From NCBI GenBank assembly GCA_002269645.1, contig NIVC01000464.1, positions 274,441 through 338,440 of the forward strand: 64,000 bases of DNA, written 5' to 3'. This DNA comes from Macrostomum lignano. Taxonomy: Eukaryota. The notes beneath the pieces are model-generated. The model saw only the letters and a program-made list of their open reading frames with translations. It was not told the DNA's origin and did not search any database. How positions within the stretch are numbered: position 1 is the first letter of the stretch; each line of letters begins with the position of its first letter. The position numbers and the translations under genes are program-made. This document shows, piece by piece, positions 13,626 through 27,200 of the stretch.

Positions 13626-16600
13626 ATGGGAGTACCAGCCTTCTTTCGCTGGCTAAGCCGCAAATTCCCATCAATTGTGGTGCACTGCGTCGAAGAAAAA
13701 CAGCGCGAAGTGGACGGCGAGACCGTGCCAGTTGACACCAGCCGGCCTAACCCGAACAACTATGAGTTCGACAATTTGTATTTGGACATGAACGGCATCA
13801 TCCATCCGTGCACTCATCCTGAGGATAAGCCGGCGCCGCGTAACGAAGCCGAAATGTTTGCCGCCATCTTCGAATACATGGATAGAATATTTGCTATTGT
13901 TAGGCCTAGGCGCGTTATCTATATGGCTATTGACGGAGTGGCGCCGCGGGCTAAGATGAATCAGCAACGTTCGCGCCGATTCCGCGCGGCCAAGGAGGCC
14001 AGGGAGAAAGCGATTGAGCTAGATCGGCTGCGATCGGAGCTCACAGCCCAGGGTATGACCCTGCCGCCGCCTAAAGCGCCTGAGGAGCATTTTGATAGCA
14101 ATTGTATCACGCCTGGCACTCCGTTTATGGCGCGTCTGGCTGTGGCGCTGCGGTATTACATTCACGACAGGCTGCACAACGATCCGGGATGGCGCAATCT
14201 GCAGGTCTTCCTTTCTGACGCAAATGTGCCAGGTACAGATGGCTATATGTCCTAATCTGCTACTTTGCTAGTAGAGCAGTAGGATAAAAACCATTAGATA
14301 GTCCTGTGTGAGCGGGTGTATAGTATTGTAGGCAGGCATCACAGATACTTTAATATTAATGTATTTTTTTATTGAAGCGCACTTTAAGCGACATTGTCAC
14401 ACAACCGGCGAGAGGCATTGCTGCCCATTCCGCCGACTCCCCTGAGCAGGCACACAAGCGCGCGGATACGCACTCGCACAGGCACACACTCAGGACTGGA
14501 GTGTACAGCAGCCCTAACTTTATTTATTGTTAGGCATGTACACTTCAGTGTACCTTGGAGGTTGGCTTGTATCAGAGCCAAGCCGAGATTCCAATTTATC
14601 CCCAAATTAATATGACTGCAGCACAATGGATCGAGTCTGGGCCGCTGGCACATCAGTGCGCCTCGCTAGACCACTGGGCTACGGCCGCCCCCTGTCCCCT
14701 CTAATAAAAAATTTAGCTATATTTTTGTCTTACACAATGCTCTCCTCACAGGCGAAGGCGAGCACAAAATCATGGACTTTATTCGGCGCCAGCGCGCCCA
14801 GCCGGCGCACGATCCGAACACGCGCCACTGCCTTTGTGGCGCCGATGCCGACCTGATCATGCTGGGCCTGGCCACTCACGAGCCGCACTTCACCATCATT
14901 CGCGAGGAGTTTGTGCCCAACAAGCCGAGACCGTGCGACCTGTGCGGCCAGCTGGGCCACGAGGCCAAGGACTGCCAGGGCCTGGCCAGGGACCAAGCAG
15001 CTGCCGAGGCGCCCCCAGTTATGGCCTCTGAGGCCGATTTCATCTTCATTCGTCTGCACGTATTGCGCGAGTATCTGCAGCGCGAATTAAAAATGGATGG
15101 CCTACCGTTTGCTTACGATTTTGAACGGGCGCTTGACGATTGGGTATTTATGTGCTTCTTTGTTGGCAACGACTTCCTGCCGCATCTGCCTAGTTTAGAG
15201 ATTCGCGAGGGTGCCATTGATCGGCTGGTTGGAATCTACAAGAGAGCTGTCTATCAGGTGAGGCTCACTGTACTGTGCTGGTCTCCACAGTATGAAAATT
15301 TATTCATTCATCTGTACCAAGGATCGGCGAACTCCTGCCCTCGGGATCCTTTGCCCGCCAATACTGTACGCCCTGACCAAGAGTCTTGGCAAATTTACTG
15401 CTGCGCCAGACTTCGCCCGAACCCTACTTCCATAATTTTAGCTACGTAAAACTACTAGCATAATAGTAGTATCTGATAAAATTGCAACTAATATTTTAGT
15501 ATAAAACTTAATCATGTATATGATAAAAATTTGCTTTAACACAGACAGGCGGCTGGGTCACGGACTCCGGCCACGTGCACCTGGACCGGGTGCAGCTCAT
15601 TATGCGCGAGCTCGGCCAGATGGAGGACGAAATATTCAAACGCCGGCGCAGCTCCGAGATGAATTTTCGTCGACGTCGCAAAGCCGACAAGCAGGCCAAA
15701 CTGCGGCACACAATGATGGAGAGGGGCATGGCTGCTCCGCTTGGCAGTGGCCGGTCTAGCGGCGCTGCAGACCAACAGCTGTCGTCTGGACAGGCCATAC
15801 GGGCCCTGATGCGGGAGAGCCAGATGGAGTCTCTTCAGGCTGAGCGGGACCGGCAGCAGCAGCAGCCGGACTCTGATGAGGAGGCCGATGCTAGAGATGA
15901 GGTATGATTGAATTTGGGGTTTATATGCTTTGGATAGTGTCATTTGACTGTCAGTGTCATTTGACTGTCAGTGTCATTTGACCGTCAGTGTCATTTGACT
16001 GTCAGTGTCATTTGATTGTCAGTGTCATTTGACTGTCAGTGTCATTTGATTGACAGTGTCTATAAAAAGGCCTCCTTGTTGTGTTCAAAAGAACAACCAT
16101 GTACACTATAAGATGGCCAATAAATTTCATCACGTGACTGGCTTTTACACCCTTATTATCCATCATCACTCCTTATGTTTGCACTGGCGTTAAATACGAG
16201 TAAGGGAATGTTCTGTTTGCAGTGATAGTATGTTATCATATACTTAGATTAGGCTTACCAACTAAGACCATAGGCTTTTATTAATGCCCAAACATCACCA
16301 ACGCAGGTCCGCCTGTGGGAGGACGGCTGGCGGCACCGCTATTATAGCAGCAAATTCGGGGTGGCACCGCAGGATAGTCGCGATTTCCCGCTGCTAGTTG
16401 CCAGCCATTACGTCAGGGGCCTGTGCTGGGTGCTGCGCTACTATTACCAGGGCTGCGCCTCCTGGACGTGGTACTTCCCCTATCACTATTCCCCATTCGC
16501 TTCCGACTTCACCAACGTGGCTAGCGTCGATGTGGACTTTGACAAGACTGCAACTGAGCCTTTCAAGCCGCTGGAGCAGCTCATGGCTGTGTTCCCCGCT

Positions 16601-17638
16601 GCTAGCGGCTCCCACGTGCCGCCATCTTGGCGCGGACTAATGAGCGATCCCGACTCGCCTATTATCGACTTTTATCCCATCGACTTCCGCGTCGATCTCA
16701 ACGGTAAAAAATTTGCCTGGATGGGCGTCGCTCTGTTGCCATTTGTTGACGAGGCGCGCCTGTTGAAAACGCTGGAGTCAGTCTATCCCAGCCTCCTGCC
16801 AGACGAGGTCGAGCGCAACGTGCGCGGACCCGATCGACTGTTTGTTCGATCGACGCACCCAGCCGCCGCTCTCATCCAGCGCTTGTATGCTGCCGGCAAG
16901 AAGGCTCAGGTGGAAGACATTGAGACCAATGCCGATGCCAGCCTCACCAGCGGCGTTGGCGGCATCTACAAGCCGGATAAGCTGGCCTATCAGCCTGGCG
17001 ATGATGTGCCTTCGCCAATTGCTCTGCCACAGTTCAAAACTCTGGCGCAATGCCAGGTGGCCTCCTGTCGCTATTCGGATCCCGTGTTCCCGCGCGGCCA
17101 CGTGTTCCCAGCCCGTCCGCTGCCGGGCGCCCGGCCACCGCCGGCCACTCTTCGGCCGGAGGACCTGGAGCCCGGCCGGCAGTGGATGCCGAATCTTGGC
17201 CCGGGCCCCAACGGCGGTCACCGGCCGCGACAGTCGTTCGACTCTGCCGGGCCGATGCGCCGGATGGCATCGGCTGAGCTGGGCTCCGCTGAGCGATTCA
17301 ACACCAGCCGGTATGGCGCTGTGCCTCCGCCTCAGCTGATGCAGCAGCAGCACAGAATGCAGCCTTCGGGTCGGTCTGTGCCGAATTTGCATCACCAGCA
17401 CAATCAGTGGCCTGGCCAGTCGCCTTACCCGTCTCAGCAGCAGCAGCAGCACTATCAGCGGCAATTCCAGCAGCCACCACGGCATCAATTCTATCAGCAG
17501 CAGCAGCAGCAGCAGTACCAGAGCCCGTATCCGCCGCAATACCAAACTGACTGGAGAAGTGGCAGAGGCGGCGGCAGAGGTGGTGGCTACAGCGGCGGCG
17601 GGGGCGGTCGGGAGTCGCGCCGCTACCAGCCTTACTAA
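13626..17638 (+). CDS. XRN2: 5'-3' exoribonuclease 2 (Rat1/XRN2), ~933 aa; exons 13626-14232, 14752-15257, 15545-15901, 16307-17638
   Basis: [53 protein letters not shown]|[53 protein letters not shown]. All introns are GT-AG with consistent phases. Q/G/R/Y-rich tail. Confidence 0.97.
15936..16060. repeat. 17-bp tandem repeat in XRN2 intron 3
   Basis: AGTGTCATTTGACTGTC, about 7 copies. Confidence 0.9.
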
Positions 17639-17721
17639 CTGATTTCTGACTTTGCTTTTTTTGCTTTCAGGGTCCTGTATGTGCATATATTAGAGTGCAT
17701 TTGCAGTGCCGCAACATACGT

Positions 17722-17877
17722 GCGCAACCTTGGGAATCACTCGGCCGTTTCTATTGGCAACACACGCATGTAAGTCGCTATTGGCTGAGAGCAGTCACGT
17801 GACTACTATTCCGTCCAGTAGCGACTTACATGTGTGCGTTGCCAATAGAAACGGCCGGGTGAATCCCTAGGTTGCGC
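17722..17877. repeat. Long inverted repeat / fold-back element (~63-bp arms, ~30-nt loop)
   Basis: 17722-17784 is the reverse complement of 17815-17877, with about 6 mismatches. Confidence 0.85.
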
Positions 17878-18657
17878 CCAAGCATGTGCCGCAACCAATG
17901 ATGCATCAATATAATACAACTATGGGCTTTGGATATTGCGGCTGACTGAGCGGTCGGAGAGTACATGGCTTTTCATTTGATTTTATTTGGGCCGTGGGGA
18001 TGAAAGTTCAAGGTATCTGCAACCTGGAAAAACCTGATTGTAATTGTGTCATTTTGCTTTTCACTATATTTGTGTTTCTGTTGTCAATTTTAATTATAAT
18101 TTATAGCTTTGATAGGCAAGTTCCTCTTGTGTAGCCGCCGCTCAAATCCAACTTGGTCTATTGTTCATCTTCTATTGTTTTCTCTGCTTTGTTAATCTGT
18201 TACGCTACTGACAGTTGTCCGTCTAATTTGATCGTTAATTTATTAGCTGCTAAAGCAGATTCAATTCGTATGCTGTTTTGTGTGGCTTTTTTATTTCCTG
18301 TTTTAAATTTGTTTTTCTTATCCAACATGTCTTTTATTTTGCGAAGTGTAAAATAATATTGATGCGCCATGTGTGTCATTTCCGTTCGAGAATAAACCGA
18401 TGCGAGATGCCATGTCGCTCAGTTGAATTCGATCAGCTTGTGCTAGGCATCATGGATGTGTAACCACTTTTTGAGTCGTTTAATTCTATTTATTTCTAAG
18501 TTATTTTTAACTCAATCCAACTAGCGCAAATAAGGATCGCTGTAAGGATTATTTAGGGAAATTGAGTATTTCACTTTAAAATAATGAACCAATTGTGCGA
18601 CCGGGTCTCAATTGAGTTACTCGTAGCTATCAGCCTCGAAGACTGCAGCCTTGTGTA

Positions 18658-19188
18658 ACCTGCACCACCTCTCCAACCCTTCAGTCAATCACTGAAGCCT
18701 CCACTGAGACCTGAACCACCTCTGCAGCCCCTCAGTCAGTCACTGAAGCCTCCATTGAGACCTGCACCACCTCTGCAGCCCCTCAGTCAGTCACTGAAGC
18801 CTCCACTGAGACCTGAACCACCTCTGCAGCCCCTCAGTCAGTCACTGAAGCCTCCATTGAGACCTGCACCACCTCTGCAGCCCCTCAGTCAGTCACTGAA
18901 ACCTCCACTGAGACCTGCACCACCTCTGCAGCCCCTCAGTCAGTCACTGAAACCTTCACTGAGACCTGCACTGCCTCTGCAGCCCCTCAGTCAGTCACTG
19001 AAACCTCCACTGAGACCTGCACCACCTCTGCAGCCCCTCAGTCAGTCACTGAAACCTTCACTGAGACCTACACTGCCTCTGCAGCCCCTCAGTCAGTCAC
19101 TGAAACCTTCACTGAGACCTACACTGCCTTTGCAGCCCCTCAGTCAGTCACTGAAACCTTCACTGAGACCTACACTGCCTTTGCAGCC
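18658..19188. repeat. Minisatellite, 51-bp unit, ~10 copies
   Basis: Unit GAGACCTGCACCACCTCTGCAGCCCCTCAGTCAGTCACTGAAGCCTCCACT. Confidence 0.95.
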
Positions 19189-19560
19189 TTGTGTCACTGT
19201 CAATAAGCATTGCAAATGACAATTAAAAAAATATTTATAATATTCGGTGAAAGGCACATCTAATATCTGGTGCAAGTTATACACGAAAGAAATGTATCGT
19301 TTATATTGTCAGTATTTGAGCGACTATAGGCAAAAATTGCTATTTAGTTAAAAATATTTAATTAAAAACCTCTGATAATTATTCGTAAACTATTTGGCTA
19401 ACTAATAGGCATATCGGGTTTAAGGTTTTAGAAAAAATCTGAATTCACGCAACCAATATTTTCTTATTTGACATATAAAGAGTTTTGATAATATCGAATA
19501 CGCATACGAAGTCTAATGTATCGTGTTCCAATTGGTCAATAAAACATTGGTATCCAGCGG

Positions 19561-20584
19561 TCAGTCTTGCAAACCGCACACCATATTCGCTGGCAGGGCC
19601 GCATCGATCTGCTTCGGATAGGGCAGGTTCAAGTTGTTCATGATGTCAACGAACTCGCTTTTCGTCTTAGTCAGCCGGCTGTTGAACTTCTTCTCCTCGG
19701 CTACTGTGGTGACAGTCTGGCCAGTGTAGTCGTGAGCAGGATAGAGCTGGTAGTTGTCAGGCAGGCTGAATATCTGCGAGTGCACGGACTCGTATAGGCG
19801 CTCTGGCGAGCCCTGCTGGAAGTCGGTTCTACCGCAGCCGCGAATGAGCAGCGCGTCGCCTGTGAACGCCATTCGGTGGCTGTGCAGCACGTAGGTGAGG
19901 CAGCCGTCCGTGTGGCCGGGCGTCGAGCGGGTCTCCAGTTGCAGCTTGCCAAAGTCGATCTGAAACCATTAAATTCTTCTCTATGATTCAATGATTCTCT
20001 ATGAGAGAGCCCAGTTACAGATAAAGGTCAATGAAGATTTTCCTTCAGTAATTCCTCGTGGAGAGCCTCATACAGTTATTAATGAAGGTCAATGAAGATT
20101 TCATTTAGTTATTCCTCGTGGAGAGCCTCAGTTACGGTTGAAGGTCAACTGATTTCCTTCAGTGTCTTGCTGAAAATTTGCTAAAAATCTTATCTATCAT
20201 CTAAGGATCAGTCTCGTATCCAGGTACTCGTGATTTCGGCAAATTGAAATTTTGATGGATGTGAAAGAATGAGAAATTCACCTTATCCCCATGCTTCACT
20301 CGGACATTAGCTTTCGCTTGGCTGGCCTCCGCGATGACGCTTTGACACCCGGGAATCAGCGACTTCAGCTTGCCCGAGCCGGTCACGTGATCAGCGTGCA
20401 CGTGCGTGTTGATGGCGAATTTCAGGACCAGGCCCAGCTGCTTAACGATGCCAGCGTCCCGATCGACAGTTTCAATGACGGGATCGATCAGCACGGCCTG
20501 TTTGGTGACCTCGCAGGCCAGCAGGTACGAGTAAGTGCTGCTCTTGGACTCGAACAGTTGGCGGAAAATCAGCCCGGCGGACAT
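19561..20584 (-). CDS. ETHE1: Persulfide dioxygenase (ETHE1-like metallo-beta-lactamase), ~233 aa; exons 20584-20282 and 19959-19561
   Basis: [82 protein letters not shown]. Phase-0 GT-AG intron. Confidence 0.95.
20004..20252. repeat. Intronic block (~56-bp subrepeats plus a unique tail), duplicated in direct orientation at ~21385-21676
   Basis: AAGGTCAATGAAGATTT subrepeats and the tail TTTGCT(A/G)AAAATCTTATCTATC...GTGATTTCGG(C/T)AAATTGAAATTT occur in both places. Confidence 0.8.
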
Positions 20585-21384
20585 TTTTTTCCGATGAGTG
20601 CTGCTTGTTGAAGTTTTGATTTTACAGAGAAAGTTGGATTCTAGGTTTGGCTAAAAGCTGTTGCTAGTTATAGTCGACAATCAGTTAGAGCTTATGTAGA
20701 GAACTCAAAGGGTCAACCGCATCTGTGCAGTTCTGCAGAACTTTACAGTGCGTGGCTCACACCCCTTCTTGGCCAGGATTGGTGGGGCGCCAGCAGGAGA
20801 GAGAAAAGAAGTGAAGATATAATTGCTACTTTACTGCCAATGTACACTCAAATAGTGCTCAATACAACCGTTATTGCTTCTCTCTCCATTTGTTCGTAAA
20901 AGCGGTTTTAAAATAGGACGCTATGGAATGGGTTCAGTGGAATGTCTTTTGCCCTTTAGTTGTTACCTTACCTTAAGTGGTTAGACTAAGGCGTTAAGCA
21001 TTATTCTTCCATCCAGCTTTAAAGATATTTAAACTTTGTCAGATTACTTGAAAGTTAAGCAAACCATTTTAGAAAATGTTGATGTCTATGGCCGAATAAT
21101 CATTTTCTTTCCTTTCCCGTCTATGTCTATGGGCAACACTAGATCTACTGTTGTCAAATAGGAATTCCCAACATGGTTTGCTTAAATATCAAATCAACTT
21201 GGAGCTATATTTAAGTATATTTAGCTTATACCCAAAGATATTTCATACTCTAGACTAGATGGACTACTTAATGCTGAGCAATAGGCTGAATCCGACCGTT
21301 GATTTCGATGAACTCATTAAACTAGCATAATTGATTAGCAATGGTACTCATAGATTAGCTAGCATGTAACTGAGTTGAACGAAG

Positions 21385-21676
21385 TTACGGATGAAGGTCA
21401 ATGAAGATTTCTTTCTGTAATTCCATGCGGAGAGCCCCAGTTACGGGTGAAGATCAATGACGATTTCCTTCAGTTTCCTCGTGGAGAGCCCAGTTACATG
21501 TACGTGTGAAGTTCAATGACGATTTCCTTCAATTTTCTTGTGGAGAGCCCCAGTTATGTGTGAAGATCAATGAAGATTTCTATCAGTTTCTTGCTGAACA
21601 TTTGCTGAAAATCTTATCTATCTTCCAGGGATCAATCTCGTATCTAGGTACACGTGATTTCGGTAAATTGAAATTT
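21385..21676. repeat. Second copy of the ETHE1 intronic block, upstream of ETHE1
   Basis: Aligns by eye to 20004-20252. Confidence 0.8.
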
Positions 21677-23601
21677 ACTGAGTTGAACGAAGTTACATTC
21701 CAAGTTAAAATTCTAAGCACATTACATGTGCACTTATGCCCGGCACTGATGTCATTGTGTCATGCTGTACGCTCATTATTCCACGCTTAGGGATCATTAT
21801 TTTAGGCTTCTAAAAATACATTCATGAGACAATGTGTTTGTGTATATGGTTTTGTCATAGACAATGATAAATTTTAGTCACTCGTGGCTTCGCCACTCGT
21901 GAAAATTTTATCATTGTCTACCTCCAAAACCATATACACAATCTATCATTATTCCACACTTTTTCATCATGTTGCAATTGGCTGTTTTGAGAGTTATTTT
22001 ACCATAGGCAACTGTGATGTGTGTTTTAGTTAGACCATAGACAACACTCTGATGAGTGCTGATTTTGCGTGCGTCTTGCCAGAAAGCAGGGGAGCAAGCA
22101 TGCAAAAGCTATTTGTCTTGTCAAGCAACTATGGCTAGTGTTTCTCGTTAAACAGCCGCGCCGCGCCTATTAATTAGAAACATCTTTCTGTCTTTGTTCA
22201 TTGCCTCCAATTTGCCTTAATTATTCACTTTGCCAACACAGCTTGCTATAAAGTACATAGTGTACTCTGACCCAAAAATTACAATAATAGCTAAACATTT
22301 TGCTCCTGAATCATTAGTCAAAAGATTCATTGATCTGAACTACTGCGACGGAAAATCATTCTGGTTGTCAATCGTGTGGTTGAATACTCTTGAATTCAAC
22401 CACGCTTCACACAGCATTTTAATCCGACTAATCCTCCTTTTCAGAGTGTTTCTGTCTGCGCTGCTCTGCTCCCTTATACAGAGTATGCTTCGTAAGCTTA
22501 GCTGTTAAAATAAGTTAAATATTATAGTGAATGGACTAGCCATCAGCGCCCCCCGTTGCGAAGCCAACAAATGGAATACAAATTTCTGAATAAACTACAT
22601 GTAGCTTCTGACCTCAGCTTTGATGTCGCACCAATTTCCCCATAAGCCTTGAAATCTCAGCAATTCCAACAGTAAGCCTTGACATCTGTTCTCGAGCAAA
22701 GTCATGGTTGACTTAATGAGTGCTCGCAGCCTTCGTGAAGGAGCCACTCTGAATTCTGAAAGAAATCGAGAGAAAGGCGCCGAAAGAACAAAACTGTACT
22801 ATAACTGTTTTCTTCAGAAATTGAAACAATGATAAAGAAAATTCAAAGCTTAGATAAGAATTGTCGGCTTTTTTCTGCTTGACCGAGAAATCAGATCTTG
22901 CAAGTGCGTTACAGTCGTCGCTTATCATATCCGAGCACTGAATCGCGGCTTGGACCAAAATACATTGGTAGATCTTATCTGTTCAAAAGAAGCAAAACTT
23001 CTGCTGCCGTATGCGCTGTGAATGCACTGTCAGTGGGGTTGGCTGAATGCGCTGCTGTTTGCAGACGCTCGAGCTTTGAAATTTCAACTATTATTCAGTT
23101 ATTCGTTTGAATAAAGCAGGGAATCCTATTGGCTTTCCCTGGAGGCTTCCCCGGAATAAAGACTCATCTGATCCTATCTATTGTTTTAAATTTTATGTTC
23201 GAAGATCTAACCTGTCTGTCTGTCTGTGTGTCTGTCTGCGTGTCGAAAGTTCAGTGAGTTTTCACTACTACTACTTTTGAATTCTTTGATTGCTACTTCT
23301 AGTATTATGTTGTGTTCAGCTATTCAGGAAAATTTTTCACAAGCTATATTTTTTGCTCATCAAATTGTAACTTTTCAATTTTTCACAGGGAGGCTGTGAG
23401 CGCTGTCGCAAATTAAGTATGCGGCAGTCGACCCGCAGCCAGTGACAGGGCGAGCAGTCGTGCCCATCACGCTGACCCCAGAGCACTCACAGGAATATGT
23501 ACGTATCGGCACACGCTCACAATGGTGTACAACGGCCTTTTTGACCTTTTTGACATTTGACTTTCTAATCGTCAGAAATGCACACTCTGTGCGCCTTGGG
23601 G

Positions 23602-23610
23602 CAGACAGAC

Positions 23611-23676
<66 letters not shown>

Positions 23677-23677
23677 G
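23602..23677. repeat. (CAGA)n microsatellite
   Basis: Directly visible. Confidence 0.9.
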
Positions 23678-24247
23678 TCAGACGCGTTACCCTCTTGAGC
23701 TGCTCTGCCCTAAAAATTTACGTGTAGTCGAAAAAAGCAAATTAAATTTCATTTAGCTACATGCATACTCGTATTGTGTACGCAGAAACCGCAGGAATTC
23801 GAAGACAGCCATAGCTAGACAACAGTCTTGGTGTCGAGTTACCAATTTTTGGCAGGACCCACCCGCCATATTTGTATATTTGATGCACGCGTCTTAGAGA
23901 AGCCTGTAGATATGCATCAGAACGCTTGCCATACTTGGCCGCAAGTTACATTACTAGAATACTAACGGAGAGAACTGATAAAAACGCGCACTGACCGCTG
24001 AGGGGCATGAATACACAGTACTGGATGCATAACAGTGAGCGCGTGCATCTGCAAAATCTAAATATGAAGCATTGCAAAATAAAACCACGCACCATTCTGA
24101 CTTTGCTATTTATTTATAAAAGCTATGCGAGCTCCAATTTAAGATTTTCAGGGTATAAAAATTTACTGCCGGTCAATAAGGCTAACGTGTTTGTTATAGC
24201 TTCCTTTGCATATAATCTTGAAACTTGTGTGCCGCAATCCTGCCGTT

Positions 24248-27200
24248 ATGGCCCAGAGCTCCGGAGCAAGTCAAAGCGGTGAGGAATCCTTCGAGCCAGA
24301 ACTCAACAAAGCGTTTCGAGATCGGCTCAAACCATGCCTGGACGCCATAGACTGTCTGCGGGCTCAGGGTCTGCAAAAGGACGTCCGACTGCCGGCTATT
24401 GCCGTTGTCGGCGACCAGTCGGTGGGCAAGTCGTCCGTGCTCGAATCCATCTCTGGCATCGACTTGCCCCGCGGTCTGGGCATCGTCACCCGCTGCCCGC
24501 TGATGCTGAGCATGCGGAACCGTGAGGAGGCCGGCTGGTCTGCCAGAATCAAGTGAGGATCAGGAGTTGCCTGCTCAATGTCTGCAACGACTTTTGATTG
24601 AAATTGAATTTTTATTGCATTGATTATGACTTGAATTTATGATTACAGATATAAAACAAAAACAGGCGAGGGCAGGGAGAAGAAACTTACTGGGGCAAGC
24701 GAAGTTGGCCAAGCGATACGCGATGCTCAGAACGAGATGACCAACTCGAGCGGAGAGGTCTCCGAGCAGCTAATCGAGCTGTGGGTTGAGAGTCCCGAGT
24801 CTCCGGACTTGACACTGATTGACCTGCCGGGAATTGCCAGGTAATATCGGATTTGAAATGCTTACATTTTTGTCTAGCAGCAGCAGGTGTGTGCTTTGCA
24901 TGCTATTCGGCGACGTTGCTTGCAAAGCAGGACACAGTTGTAGCTATTAGTAGGGAGACTACCTGCGAAAAGAACTGGCGTCTAAAGTCCCAAACCCTGC
25001 TGAATGACGCCCATCCATAGTGTGAGAAGTTCAGTAATGATCAGAGTAAGGGGGTGGGTACTATGGTATGGTAGAGTAGCTTAGTTGGTTAACGCGTCTA
25101 ACGTTCGAGCCGGCCATTCCGTGCGCGGCCACGTGATCATTCGGAGTGCAGTGCTAATTTTCGGCGGTGCTCAAAGACACCCTAGGGGCTGTGGGTTGAT
25201 TGTCACCTTGATTTGCGGCGATGCTCACAGACACCCTAGGGGCTGTGGGTTGACTCTCACCTTGATTTGCGGCGGTGCTCACAGACACCCTAGGATCTTG
25301 TCAACTATAGACAAGCGTTAGCTGATGACACTTGTTTTCTTGCCATACAATTGATTTAATTGGCGAAGTCTGGCGAACTATCATCCAGGTACTCCATCGA
25401 CGGTGGCGGAGCCATAGCCGGTCTAACCAAGTCCCTCATCCTGAGCTACATTGAAAAGGAAGAAATTTTAATACTGGTTGTCATCCCGTGCCACGTAGAC
25501 ATCGAGACAGTTGAGGCTCTCTCCCTAGCCAAAGAGGTCGACCCGGAATCGAAGCGGACAATCGGAGTTCTCACCTGTCCTGACCTGGTCAACCCAGGCT
25601 CCGAATCAGAAGTCCTGGCGCTCATGCAAAACCGGAAGATTCCGTTGAAGAAGGGCTACGTCTCCGTGAGGTGCCGAACACCGCAGCAGTTGAAGGACAA
25701 CATGAGCCTGCAGCAGGCGGCCAGGGAGGAGGAAGTGTTCTTCCGGACCCATCCGCACTTCAGGGCGCTGGACAAATTCGAGTACGGAACCAAGACTCTG
25801 GCGGTGAAGCTGAGCAGCGAGCTCTACGAGGCTATCAAGCACAACATCCCTGAGCTGATGAGAGAGGTCCAGGTAATTCGCCATGACACCCGGGCAAATA
25901 AAAACATTGGAGGCGGGGGCAAGTAGGTCAGTTGTAAACGTGCCCGGCTCTGACTCGGTTCGATTCTGTGCGCAGCCACATCTATTTGATCAAGAGAGTG
26001 TACGAGCCTGACGATTAGAAAGTCCGTGTGAGCGTGTGTATGACGATTTCGCCAAAGGCGTTGCGCCAAGGCGCCTGCAGCCCTCCTCAATAAATAATTC
26101 AAGAATCAAAGTGATGCTAGGACCTGTAGCTAAAATTTCAAAGCCGTACGTGCCTCGGTTGTTTCGTTAAAATGCGCACCTGTGTCCTGAAAATCGCGGC
26201 CAACAGCTTTTTTATTATTATTGTGGTCACCCATGCTCATTTCCACACACGTACGCTACTGCCTTTTTAGATGAAACGCGAGGATATCTGCAAAAAGTTG
26301 GAAACCATGGGCTGCGGACCGCCCGACTCGATTGAAGAAATGAAGAATCTGCTGGTCAGAATGATCAATAAGTTCACGACGGACTTCGCCAATGTTTCCA
26401 CTGGAACCATCGTCACGAGCCAGACAGGCTGTTTGGTCGCTGCCGCAAGCACTGGGAGACACTGGCTGACGAGATTGAGCAGTGCGCCTTCTCAGAGCGC
26501 AGTGACGGTAAGACCGATACGCTCTTATCGATATGAGTTTTGTTAGGATATGAGACGCTATTACAATAAAATAGGTGAATAGTTCTAAAGACTACTAACT
26601 TATCGTCGGACGAGTATCAGGACGTATCGGTTGCACTCATGGCTAATGATTTGAGGACCAGAAATTTAAATACACTTTACTCCGAAACACCGTAACTTTT
26701 AGAGGTTCTTGAGATGTACTCAAAAAGTACTCATGACTCATGATTACTTCTTGAGATTTACTCATGAATTTAGAATTCATGATGACATAGCTCGATTAAA
26801 TTATGCTGGCACATCTACATCTGCAGCACAGAATCCCTATCAGTTGCAATGCCATTCCCGTTTACACAGTGACATTACAGCACAGAATCCCTATCAGTTG
26901 CAATGCTATTCCCGTTTACACAGTGACATTACAGCACAGAATCCCTATCAGTTGCAATGCTATATTCCCGTTTACACAGTGACATTACAGCACAGAATCC
27001 CTATCAGTTGCAATGCCATTCCCGTTTACACAGTGACATTACAGCACAGAATCCCTATCAGTTGCAATGCTATTCCCGTTTACACAGTGACATTACAGCA
27101 CAGAGTCCCTATCAGTTGCAATGCCATTCCCGTTTACACAGTGACATTACAGCACAGAATCCCTATCAGTTGCAATGCTATATTCCCGTTTACACAGTGA

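Noticed and set aside
18755-19219. 154-aa Pro-rich ORF (RPAPPLQPLSQSLKPPL)n
   Set aside because: It is a translation of a 51-bp minisatellite, starts at TTG, and has no unique sequence.
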